64,000 nt of DNA from Myxococcota bacterium (GCA_025057315.1 JANWXW010000147.1:12420-76419), one strand, 5' to 3'; shown: positions 20,541 to 29,462, counted from the first letter of the stretch. Notes: a model not told the origin generated them from the sequence alone. Numbers and translations are program-made.

Positions 20541-21737
20541 CTAGCCTTCGGCGGCCATGCGGGGTACAGGCTTGCCCAGCTGGATGACGGCAGGTCCTGT
20601 CCACCGCCGTAGGGGGGCCAGACCGGCCGACCTTGCGCAGCGCTCCTGCGCCATTTGGTAGACCCGTTCATGCCGCCAGATGACCTCATCCCATGCAAAG
20701 CGGTCGAGATCAAGTTTGGCCTCCTCGGCCATGCGATGCCGCAGCTCGGCATCGCACAGCAGGCGGACGATGTAGTCGATAAATTCCTCCCAGGTGTCGG
20801 CCAGAAACCCGTGCCGGCCGTGCACCAGCGCATCGCTGACCCCGCCGTGGTTGCGCGCCACGACCGGCAGGCCAACGCAGCGCGCCTCCAGGGTGGCGAT
20901 GCTCAGCGCCTCCTTGATGGTGGGCAGGACAAAGAGCGCAGACCGCGCCAGGATGTGCTTGATCTCCTGCCTGGACAGCAGGCCTGGCAGCTCCAGCAGG
21001 TCCTCAACGCCCAGCCGATGGGCCTCCCGCTCGACCCGTGGCCGCTCGGGGCCGTCTCCCACCAGCGTGAAGCGCGGACAGATGCCGGGGGGCAGACGGC
21101 GCATAATCTCCGGGATGGCGCGGACAAAGTCGGTGGGCCGCTTGCGGCGGGTAAAGCGCATCACGCTGGTGACGCGCAGCTCTGAGGTGGGTGGCCGCTG
21201 CACTCGCCAGGCGTCCAGGTCGATGCCGTTGGGCAGCACGACGATGTCGTCTCGGCGGTAGATGCGGCGCTGTTCCTGCACCACGTACCGGCTGACGCCG
21301 GACAGGACGTCTGGGCGGCCCAGCCAGCCTGACACCGAGTCCAGCAGACGCAGCAAAGTACGCTGGCCGCGCAGCACCGAATGCTCGGTGACCACCGACG
21401 GGATGCCAAGGCGGCGCGCGACGTGGACACCGCCGATGGCCAGGGGCGATAGGCCGGCGTGACAGTGCAGCAGGTCGAAGCGCTCCCGGCGCACGATCTC
21501 CTCCAGCACGTCGAGGGCACGGCGGTTGGCGATGGTTCGCAGCACGGGCAGCAAGGGAACCCGCAGCCGGTGCACGGGGAAGCCATCCTGCCCGGGTGGC
21601 CCCGGCGTGGCGGTGATGACGTGGGCCTCATGGCCGCGCCGGGTGAGCTCACGTGCCAGGTCGCGCATGTGCAGCTCCAAGCCGCCCACCCGGGGCAGGT
21701 ACCAGTCGCTGACCAGAGCTATCTTAAGGGACGGCAC
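20541..21737 (-). CDS. glycosyltransferase family 1 (GT-B, GT4-like)
   Basis: 398 aa. N-terminal GT4 domain (LVSDWYLPRVGG). C-terminal Glycos_transf_1 motif (EALSIATLEARCVGLPVVA, the E-x7-E region). Confidence 0.85.
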   Translation of the reverse strand: MPSLKIALVSDWYLPRVGGLELHMRDLARELTRRGHEAHVITATPGPPGQDGFPVHRLRVPLLPVLRTIANRRALDVLEEIVRRERFDLLHCHAGLSPLAIGGVHVARRLGIPSVVTEHSVLRGQRTLLRLLDSVSGWLGRPDVLSGVSRYVVQEQRRIYRRDDIVVLPNGIDLDAWRVQRPPTSELRVTSVMRFTRRKRPTDFVRAIPEIMRRLPPGICPRFTLVGDGPERPRVEREAHRLGVEDLLELPGLLSRQEIKHILARSALFVLPTIKEALSIATLEARCVGLPVVARNHGGVSDALVHGRHGFLADTWEEFIDYIVRLLCDAELRHRMAEEAKLDLDRFAWDEVIWRHERVYQMAQERCARSAGLAPLRRWTGPAVIQLGKPVPRMAAEG

Positions 21738-21821
21738 GCCGGCACCTGACGCAAGAACCGTTCCTCCCTCCTCGCGGCAGGGGGCCTCGCCGGCTGACAG
21801 TGGGGGTGTCGAGGATCTGAC

Positions 21822-22943
21822 TCAAGAGGCGTGTCGAATATCTGACGCAGGGGCAGGTTGGTCCTCGCCGCGTGGGCTTGACAGATTGGATGAACCACCG
21901 GACCTGAACCTGGCCATGCGCCGTCCGATTGAGAGTAGGGTTTGCGGACGGCGCCAGCTGTCCAGCGATGAGACGCGATGGACACAACCGATGGTGCAGG
22001 TGGGGGCACACTGCTTGGGCGTGTCAAACTCGCGCCGGATGTCCTCGATCGTGTACTCGTCCAGGGGAATGGCGGGGTAGCCGCGCTGCTGGGAGCAGTA
22101 GTGCACCAGGCCGAACTCGCAGATATATAGATAGCGAGCGCCGGCACGGCACTGCCAGTCGTTGGGCTCGCCGCGCACGAGCCTGTGCTGGAACCCATGC
22201 ACCCGGCTGTAGAGGCCCTGGCCGTAGGCCACGGCCTCCCGGTAGATGGCATGCTCCCGCGGGCTGAGCGGCCGGAGCTGGCCCGAACCGTCGTGGATGA
22301 TGCCCACCGAAGTGGTGAAGCCGAGCTCGGCGGCACGGCGGGCAATGATCACCGCGTCCTCCGGCCGGCGGACCCCGGAGCCCAGCACCGTGTTCACGTT
22401 GACGTGGAACTCGGCCAGCTCCGACAGATGTTGCAGCTTGCGGTCGAGCGTGCGCAGGCTCTTTTGGGACGCCTCGTCGGGCTCGACGTTGTCGATGCTG
22501 ATCTGGAGGTGGTCCAACCCCGCTTCGTTCAGGCGCCGGATGCGCTCCGGCCCGAGGAAGAAGCCGTTGGTGATGAGCCCGGCCATCATCCCCCGGGCGC
22601 GGATGTGGGCGATGATGGTATCGAGGTCAGGGTGCATCATGGGCTCGCCCCCGCTCAGGGTGACGATGGAGGTGCCCAGCGCCGCGAGCCGATCGATGCG
22701 CCGGCACACCTCGGCCACGGGAACGGGGTCGGAGACCTTGTCATACTCGTTGCAGTAGCTGCACGACAGGTTGCACCGGCGCATGGGAACGATGTGCGCC
22801 AGGATGGGGTGCGACTTGTGGAGCAGGGCCCACAGAATCAGCCGGGCCTCGCGCAGGGACCGGGTGAGCTTGCGTCTTCCGGGTCGCATCGGGGGTGTCC
22901 TCGCTGCCTGGTATGCGGGTTCAAGCAGGAGCTGTGCCATCAT
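21822..22943 (-). CDS. radical SAM protein with a C-terminal Cys cluster (HpnH-like / SPASM-like)
   Basis: CNLSCSYC (the CxxxCxxC radical-SAM motif) followed by a GGEP motif. C-terminal CAPTCTIGC cluster. Start is either ATG 22943 (23-nt overlap with the downstream gene) or ATG 22889. Confidence 0.8.
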   Translation of the reverse strand: MMAQLLLEPAYQAARTPPMRPGRRKLTRSLREARLILWALLHKSHPILAHIVPMRRCNLSCSYCNEYDKVSDPVPVAEVCRRIDRLAALGTSIVTLSGGEPMMHPDLDTIIAHIRARGMMAGLITNGFFLGPERIRRLNEAGLDHLQISIDNVEPDEASQKSLRTLDRKLQHLSELAEFHVNVNTVLGSGVRRPEDAVIIARRAAELGFTTSVGIIHDGSGQLRPLSPREHAIYREAVAYGQGLYSRVHGFQHRLVRGEPNDWQCRAGARYLYICEFGLVHYCSQQRGYPAIPLDEYTIEDIRREFDTPKQCAPTCTIGCVHRVSSLDSWRRPQTLLSIGRRMARFRSGGSSNLSSPRGEDQPAPASDIRHAS

Positions 22944-23799
22944 GGGCTGGACGGGGGGGGGATCGCACAGCCCGCCACAGCCTGCGGCCGCCCAGGGCCA
23001 GGACCACCAGGCCGCTGGCGGCCGTGGCCAGGACGTAGCTGATGGACCGATCGAGCAGCGCGATGGCCAGTGCGGTTTCGACCGGCACTCCGTAGAGACA
23101 CAGGGTGGCGGTCAGGCTCGCCTCCACCACGCCCAGGCCGCCCATCATCGGCACCGCAGCGCCGGCGGCCGCTGCAAAACACAGCCCGACCGCCTGCGAG
23201 GGCTTCAGCCACACGCCGAAAGCCGCCGCTGCGGCTGCCAGACGGAGGATGTCTGCAGCCCAGACCAGCAGCGAGATGCCCAGGGCCCGCAGCAGGGGCC
23301 CCCGCGGCAGATGCACGCGGGCCAGCTGGGCTCGCAGCCGCTGACGCCAGCCATGCTCCCCAGAGGCCGCACGCAGCAGCGCCAGCGCCGCGACCCCGGC
23401 TGCCAGGACAAGCGCCAGCGGGCCCAGGTGGCCGCGCCGGGCGACATCGGGCAGGGCCGGCAGGGCCAGGAGCAGAAACAGCGGCGCCGGCACCCAGTCG
23501 AGCAGGCGGTCGTAGGCTGCCGACGCGGCGGCTCGTCGCAAGTCCACCCGCGTGCGCAGCTGCAGCACCACGACGCGGCCGATCTCGCTGCCGAGGCGGC
23601 CAGGCGTGACGTTGTTGAGGAAGGTAAAGGCCAGGTTGGCCAGGATCGTCTCGCGCAGCCGCACCGCCTCCTCCAGGCCCAGCAGGAGCGTCTGCCAGCG
23701 ACGCCCACCCAGATAGACCCAGGCGGCATACAGGGCCGCCACCGCGAGCACCAGAGCGGGGTTGGCGCCGAGCAGCGCCTCCACAGAGCGCTGCAGCAT
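22921..23799 (-). CDS. UPF0104 / lysylphosphatidylglycerol-synthase-TM-like (flippase-like, HpnL-like) membrane protein
   Basis: Start ATG 23799 (MLQRSVEALL). 8 predicted TMs. Charged loop RLGSEIGRVV typical of UPF0104. 8 nt downstream of the MMPL gene. Confidence 0.65.
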   Translation of the reverse strand: MLQRSVEALLGANPALVLAVAALYAAWVYLGGRRWQTLLLGLEEAVRLRETILANLAFTFLNNVTPGRLGSEIGRVVVLQLRTRVDLRRAAASAAYDRLLDWVPAPLFLLLALPALPDVARRGHLGPLALVLAAGVAALALLRAASGEHGWRQRLRAQLARVHLPRGPLLRALGISLLVWAADILRLAAAAAAFGVWLKPSQAVGLCFAAAAGAAVPMMGGLGVVEASLTATLCLYGVPVETALAIALLDRSISYVLATAASGLVVLALGGRRLWRAVRSPPRPAHDGTAPA

Positions 23800-23807
23800 G
23801 TGCTGGA

Positions 23808-26294
23808 TCACGGCAGGCGTGCCTGGCGCCGCGCCAGGATCTGCGCCAGGATTGGCAGCACCAGCAGCGCCGCCATCAGGCAGGTCACCTCGCCCAGGTC
23901 CGCCAGCAGGCCAAAGGAGCGCAGCGCCCGGTTGTGCGACAGCAGCAGGGAGCTGTAGCCGATGATGGTCGTCAGCGAGCACAGCGCGACCGCCGAGCCG
24001 GTGTGGGTAATGACGTCCCGGACGCGGTCGCGGCCCTGGCGCAGCCGCGCCCAGATGTTGGCCGCATAGTCGGCGCCGATCCCCAGCGTGATTGGCAACC
24101 CGACGAAGTTCATAAAGTTAAGCTTCAAGCCAATGGCCCCCAGCAGCCCCCCTAGCCAGCACAGGCCCACGCTCAGCGACACCAGGACCGGCAGGGCGCC
24201 GGGCCAGCCGAACGACAGCAGCATCAGCAAGCTCACCCCGACCAGAGCCGCCAGCGTGATGCGCGGGCCGTCCTGGATGATGGTCGAGATCATGCCGGCA
24301 AAGACGGTGGCCGTGCTGGCAGCGACCCAGGTCTTGCCCTCTGCCTCCACCTGGAGCACCTCGGCGATGCGCAGCAGGTCCCGCCCATTCCAGGCATAGA
24401 AGGTAGTCGGGTCGGCGTCGATGCCGATGAGGCGGCCCCGGGTGCCATCGATCTCGGTGAACGCCTCGCGCACAATCTGCGGCAGGTCGTCCACACCGAT
24501 GCGGCGCAGGTAGTCGGGCGGACGGAAGCGATCGACCTCGCGGCGCTCCTCGTCCGTCATCAGGTGCATGTGGCGGTCGATCTTGCGGCGGATGCGGGCC
24601 AGGATCTCCAGCTTCTCGTCCTGCTCGGAGGGCAGCACGGAGTTGAGCGTCCGCACCACGCTGAGCACATGGCGGGCGCCCAGGGCTCGATCCTTGGCCC
24701 GGATCGCCTCGGCGACGACGTCGGCCTGCTCGGGGCGGTCGACCAGCAGCACGCCGTCGTTGCCGATGTGGCCGGCGCCCACCGCCCCCATGCCCATCAT
24801 CTCCATCCGTCCCCACAGGCGCTGCGCCTCGGTCTGCTCGCTGCGCAGGTTCTCGAAGTTCCACTCCAGCGGGTCGGCAGCGTAGCGGACCAGGGGCACA
24901 ATGGCCGCCACCACCAGGGCCAGGCTCGCCAGCCCGAGCCAGCCCGCGTAGCGTTCGGCCAGGCGGCCTACGGCGGCAAAGGGTCGCTCCCACAGGTTCA
25001 TGCGCGGCGTGAAGAGGCCCGGCCACCGCCGCTCGCCCCAGATGATCATGGGTGGCACGAGCAGGAAGGCCATCAGCCACACCAGCAGCATGCCGGCGCC
25101 GCCCACCAGCCCGAACTGGCTGAAGCCGCGGAAGCTGGTTCCCAGCAGGCAGCCATAGGCGATGCTGGCTGCAGCCACTGCCGTGATGGTCGCCAGCAGG
25201 GTGGAAGACATGGCTCGGGCCAGCGATGGCCCGACGGCCAGACCCCGACTGCGCTCCTCCCCGAAGCGCGCCACCAGGATGATCGGCGTGTTGATGCCGT
25301 TCCCCAGGATGATCGAGATGAGGAACGACGTGTTCATGTTCAGGTGCTGGATGGTAAAGCGCGCCAGGACCAGCGCCAACAGCAGCCCCAGCACGGCGGG
25401 TGCGCCCACCACCAGCAGCAGGGCCGGCCGGCGAAAGTAGGAGTAGATGGCCAAAAAGACCAGGGTGCCACACAGCAGGGTGGCCAGGGTGAGGTCGTTG
25501 CGAATCGCCTCGCTGTCATCCAGAACGTGGGCAATGTGGCCGGTGTAGCGGACGGTCAGCTTCGGGTGGAAGGAGGTCGGCCGGAGGCGGCGCACCTCAG
25601 AGCGCACGGCCGCCATGGTCTCGAAGTCGCCGGCGGTGGCCAGGCCATCGCGGCGCTTCCACAGCATGATGCCCAGGTAGTGGAGCCCGTCCTCGCTCGC
25701 CAGGAAGTAGTCCGTTTGCGAGCGCGGCGGCACCTTCTGCTCCAGCCCGCGGCGCAACTCGCTCAGCTCTTGCTCCGGATCGCCTTCCAGATCCACCAGG
25801 AAGGGGGAGGTGCGCCGGGCAATGATCCGGTCCAGCAGCGCCTCGGCGCGCTCCAAATCGGCCCGCTCCGCGTACAGCCACCGCCATCGGGCGGCAAACT
25901 CCGGCCCCTCCGTGTCCGGCCGCCACTGGATCTCGGTGAAGACGCGGGGGATCATCGCCTCCAGGCGGGGACGGAGGGCCTCTGCGAAGCGGCGGTTTGC
26001 CTCCTGGTCTGGACTCTCGATGATCATCACCAGGTTGGTGGCGCTTTTCTGCCGCGGCGTGACCGTACGGATCGCCCGCACAGCGGGGTGGTGCTCGGGG
26101 AGCAACTCGACCAGATCGGTGCGCAGCTCGAGCTGGCTAACCGGCACGAGCGCAGAGAGCGCCAGCAGCCCTAAGGCGCCGAGCACCAGGCTGGTTTTTC
26201 GCTCCGCAAACCGGACGTAGCCGGCAAAGAGGCGATCAAAGAGGCGATCGACGACGCGGTTTGGAACACCGTGCTGGCTGGGAAGACTGGTCAA
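23808..26294 (-). CDS. MMPL/RND-superfamily transporter (HpnN-like lipid exporter)
   Basis: 828 aa. Two 6-TM bundles, each followed by a large periplasmic loop (a 12-TM RND-like fold). MMPL-like conserved TM4/TM10 regions. Confidence 0.8.
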   Translation of the reverse strand: MTSLPSQHGVPNRVVDRLFDRLFAGYVRFAERKTSLVLGALGLLALSALVPVSQLELRTDLVELLPEHHPAVRAIRTVTPRQKSATNLVMIIESPDQEANRRFAEALRPRLEAMIPRVFTEIQWRPDTEGPEFAARWRWLYAERADLERAEALLDRIIARRTSPFLVDLEGDPEQELSELRRGLEQKVPPRSQTDYFLASEDGLHYLGIMLWKRRDGLATAGDFETMAAVRSEVRRLRPTSFHPKLTVRYTGHIAHVLDDSEAIRNDLTLATLLCGTLVFLAIYSYFRRPALLLVVGAPAVLGLLLALVLARFTIQHLNMNTSFLISIILGNGINTPIILVARFGEERSRGLAVGPSLARAMSSTLLATITAVAAASIAYGCLLGTSFRGFSQFGLVGGAGMLLVWLMAFLLVPPMIIWGERRWPGLFTPRMNLWERPFAAVGRLAERYAGWLGLASLALVVAAIVPLVRYAADPLEWNFENLRSEQTEAQRLWGRMEMMGMGAVGAGHIGNDGVLLVDRPEQADVVAEAIRAKDRALGARHVLSVVRTLNSVLPSEQDEKLEILARIRRKIDRHMHLMTDEERREVDRFRPPDYLRRIGVDDLPQIVREAFTEIDGTRGRLIGIDADPTTFYAWNGRDLLRIAEVLQVEAEGKTWVAASTATVFAGMISTIIQDGPRITLAALVGVSLLMLLSFGWPGALPVLVSLSVGLCWLGGLLGAIGLKLNFMNFVGLPITLGIGADYAANIWARLRQGRDRVRDVITHTGSAVALCSLTTIIGYSSLLLSHNRALRSFGLLADLGEVTCLMAALLVLPILAQILARRQARLP

Positions 26295-26531
26295 TGGAAC
26301 ACCTGCGGCCTGGCCCTCTGGACCCCGCCCAGAACAACGGCCGGGCGGCTTGCCCGATCCGGATCAGCTTGCGTGGACAAAGCATATGCATGCCCTTTGC
26401 GGCGTGCAACAAAGGAACAGCCCGAGGCCCTGTCGGACAGGTGTCAATTTTTCACCACCGGAGGTGAAGGTCTGGCACATGGTTGGGCGCAGCACGCTAC
26501 CACGAAGGCCGCTGGGTCGGATACAGTGCAG

Positions 26532-27776
26532 ATGATGATCCCCCCCGGCAAGGGAACCTATCTTCTCTGCATGCGGCTCCTCGGCCCCTCTGCCACCCTC
26601 CCCTGGCTGCTGCTTGTGCTTGGGCAGGTCGCTGGCAGGGTGTGGGCCATGCCTGTGCCAGCGACGCGGACCGTGCTGCCTGCAGACAGGGTGCTGAAGC
26701 TAGCGCCCCTGCTGACCACGGCCGAGTTGGTGCTGCTCGAGTCCGACGAGCGGCGCGCGCTGCGCCAGCTTACCACCCTCAGTTGGGTCGCCGCCCCGCC
26801 CGCCCTGGTGCGCGAGGTGGTGGCCCGCCCTGACCGCTACCCCGAGTTCGTGCGCAACATGACGATTTCCGAGGTGAAGCGGCTTCCCGATGGCAGCCTC
26901 GACCATCGCTACGAGCTGGGCTACTCGATCGCCACCATCGGCGGGATGAGCCGCTTCGTGTTCGACGCCGGGGCGTCGGGCAGCTGGCTGCCAGGCATTG
27001 ACATGTACGATCCGGAGCCCGGCGGCGCGCGCTGGCACCGCTGGGATTTTCTTCCCGCAGGTGGTGGTACGATCATTGTGTTGTCGGGCTACCCGGACGT
27101 CCATCACTCCGGAGAGCTGATCGATCGTCTGCTCAACGCCGTCCCGACCTTGGAGCACGGCCTGGCGCTGATGGGCCAGATGACGCTGCTGCTGGCCATG
27201 AAACATCGGGCCGAGCAGCTGGCCGCGGAACGCAAGCTGGATGTACAGCCCCCGCAGGGGCCAGCCACCGGCTACGAGTTCTTGCTCGCCCACGGCGTGC
27301 TCTCGCTGCTGCGTGGCAAACAGGGACGCCTGAGCGAGATGACCCTCATCGTGCACCTTCCGGCTGCTCCGGCGGCGGTCATGGAGGTTCTGGGGCGGCC
27401 GCAGCTGTGGTCGTCGTTCATTCCCTCCATCACCCGCAGCGTGGACCTGGGCGAGCGGGGCGGGGCGCCGGCAGTGGAGCTGGAGCAGGCCGTGCCGCTG
27501 CTGTCCTTCCGCACCGTTTACGCCCTGCACCGCACCCCGAGCGCGGTGGACATGCTGGGGCTGTCAGGCGACCTGCGCGGGGCGCGCCTGCGGTGGGACG
27601 TCCGACCGATTGGGGGAGGGGGGACCCGGCTGGTGTTGCGCACACGCCAGGAGTTCGATCGGGCCAGCGTGATTCTGCGCCAGCTTTATAAGCTGGAGCC
27701 GCTTTTCGAATACGGCGTCAACATGGGGCTCGGCCTGGTGCTGCTCTGGGGCATTGCCGCCCGGGTGGCCCCCTGA
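26532..27776 (+). CDS. secreted protein with two SRPBCC(START/Bet v1)-like lipid-binding domains (tentative)
   Basis: Start ATG 26532, or the signal-peptide-like MRLLGPSATLPWLLLVLG. Two roughly 150-aa repeats with polyketide_cyc2-like signatures (RYPEFV..., LWSSFIPS...). Confidence 0.4.
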   Translation: MMIPPGKGTYLLCMRLLGPSATLPWLLLVLGQVAGRVWAMPVPATRTVLPADRVLKLAPLLTTAELVLLESDERRALRQLTTLSWVAAPPALVREVVARPDRYPEFVRNMTISEVKRLPDGSLDHRYELGYSIATIGGMSRFVFDAGASGSWLPGIDMYDPEPGGARWHRWDFLPAGGGTIIVLSGYPDVHHSGELIDRLLNAVPTLEHGLALMGQMTLLLAMKHRAEQLAAERKLDVQPPQGPATGYEFLLAHGVLSLLRGKQGRLSEMTLIVHLPAAPAAVMEVLGRPQLWSSFIPSITRSVDLGERGGAPAVELEQAVPLLSFRTVYALHRTPSAVDMLGLSGDLRGARLRWDVRPIGGGGTRLVLRTRQEFDRASVILRQLYKLEPLFEYGVNMGLGLVLLWGIAARVAP

Positions 27777-27813
27777 GGCGCGCCTGCGGGCCCACGCTAG
27801 CATGGGAGCTCGC

Positions 27814-28530
27814 ATGGAGGTCTGCATCACCATCGACGTCGAGCAGGACTGCCCGCCCTACCTTGACAGCTACCGCGGCATCGAGGAGGGCATGCCCCAG
27901 CTGATGGCGCTGCTGCGTGAGGAGGGGGTGCCAGCCACCTTCTTTACAACGGGCGATGTCGCCCGCCGCTATCCTGCGGTGGTGCGCCGCATCGTGGCTG
28001 AAGGGCACGAACTCGGCGCCCATGGCGACACCCACCGCCGGTTCAGCGAGCTGGATGCTGCCCAAGCTCGCGCCGAGCTGGAGGCTGCCAGCGCCACCCT
28101 GCGTGCCTTTGCCCCGGTGGTTTCCTTCCGCGCGCCCAACCTCGACCTACCGGCCTGTGTTCTGCCCCTGTTGCGCCAGCACGGCTACCGCATCGACTCC
28201 TCCCAGGGCCGGCACAAACACGGTCTGTACTTCCGCCGCCCGCGCGTGCACCGAGAGGCAGGGCTGTGGCGCGTGCCGGCGTCCCTGCCACCGAGCGTGC
28301 TGCGGGCACCTGGTCCGCTGCCGAATCTGCTGTGCGCGCTGTGCGAGAGCCCCTTTGTGCCTTTTTACCACCCATGGGACTTTGTCGACCTGCGGGGCGC
28401 GCCGATCCCGCTGGACTGTCGCCTGCGCAGCGGGGAGGCGGCCCTGCGGCACCTGCGCCGCACGATCCGTTGGCTGCGGCGGCGGGGTGCGCGCTTTCTG
28501 CGCCTGGCCGACCTGTCCTTCCCCGATTGA
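27814..28530 (+). CDS. polysaccharide deacetylase (NodB homology, CE4)
   Basis: ITIDVEQD (the TFDD-like Asp motif), HELGAHGDTH (His-His metal site) and a RAPN motif. 238 aa. Confidence 0.8.
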   Translation: MEVCITIDVEQDCPPYLDSYRGIEEGMPQLMALLREEGVPATFFTTGDVARRYPAVVRRIVAEGHELGAHGDTHRRFSELDAAQARAELEAASATLRAFAPVVSFRAPNLDLPACVLPLLRQHGYRIDSSQGRHKHGLYFRRPRVHREAGLWRVPASLPPSVLRAPGPLPNLLCALCESPFVPFYHPWDFVDLRGAPIPLDCRLRSGEAALRHLRRTIRWLRRRGARFLRLADLSFPD

Positions 28531-28602
28531 CAGCGGGCCCGGCCTCCTGCACATTCGCCGGCTAGACCACGCAACCAGCCACGGAGCACAGGAGAGCATC
28601 CA

Positions 28603-28770
28603 TGGGCCGAGGAGACAGCCGCAACACCCCCAAGATGCGACGCCGAAAGAGGCAGCGGAAGCACAAAGAGCGCCTGAACCGCCGGCGGGAGGCAAGCCAG
28701 GCAGCGCGCGCCCAACAGAAACCCGCCCCTTCCTCTGCGCCGAAGCCCCCGCGCGAGAAGAAGACCTAGC
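28603..28770 (+). CDS. unannotated small, extremely basic protein (55 aa; MGRGDSRNTPKMRRRKRQRKHKERLNRRRE...)
   Basis: GGAG RBS (caggagagcatccATG). About 45% Lys/Arg. Below the size cut-off of the ORF track. Confidence 0.35.
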
Positions 28771-28784
28771 CCACCCCTGCAGCG

Positions 28785-29462
28785 CTAAAGCTGGTAGATG
28801 CTGCTCGACTCCCGCGGCTGCGCCCCGGGACGGCCGCCAAAACCGACCCGCAGCGGGCTCCGACCATAGGCGCCAATCTTCGCCACGAAGCACGTCAGCA
28901 GCGACGGCAGCACCGCCGCCTGAACGGCGGCTGGCAGCGCCCACAGCTCGTCTCTGCCTTCGATTATCACTTCGGTCAGAGTGTCGGTGTTGATGGCCGC
29001 CATCTGGCCCACCAGGCGGTTCCCCTGCTGGATGAGGTGAAAGTGCCGGTACCCTGAGGTGCCAACCAACTCGTTGGAGCGCAGGTGCAGGTCCACCACA
29101 GCATGGTGTAGGGAGCCGGTGATCAGCCGCTCTCCACCGTGGTCACGGACCTGGATCTGCGACTGGAGCCTCATGTCCAGGAAGCCAACCAGCTGCACGT
29201 GATCGCCCAGGTGTTGCACCTGGTAGTCGATGTCCATGCCGCAGACCTGACCGGTGATCTTTCCTCCATGGTCGCGAAGCCCGCTGGAGGGCCCACCAGG
29301 CTGGGGGTGAGCGGCTGTGTGGCGAACCAGGTACGGCTGCCCCGCATACTCAAGGGTCAGCCGCGGGACGGTGACCCCTTGGACCACCGCCGTCGTCGGC
29401 AGCGGGGCACAACCCAGGACCAGGGGAAGGCTCAGCGCAGCACAGCAAGCAAGGGAGCGCAT
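28785..29462 (-). CDS. hypothetical lipoprotein
   Basis: Start ATG 29462 (MRSLACCAALSLPLVLGCAPL: signal peptide plus LVLGC lipobox). 225 aa. Confidence 0.5.
   Translation of the reverse strand: MRSLACCAALSLPLVLGCAPLPTTAVVQGVTVPRLTLEYAGQPYLVRHTAAHPQPGGPSSGLRDHGGKITGQVCGMDIDYQVQHLGDHVQLVGFLDMRLQSQIQVRDHGGERLITGSLHHAVVDLHLRSNELVGTSGYRHFHLIQQGNRLVGQMAAINTDTLTEVIIEGRDELWALPAAVQAAVLPSLLTCFVAKIGAYGRSPLRVGFGGRPGAQPRESSSIYQL

Noticed and set aside
23808-26294. Calling the locus a bona fide hopanoid (hpn) cluster
   Set aside because: No squalene-hopene cyclase, squalene synthase or HpnG/HpnI/HpnK signatures are seen in the window. Only the HpnH/L/N-like architecture is present, so the hopanoid assignment is kept as a hypothesis.
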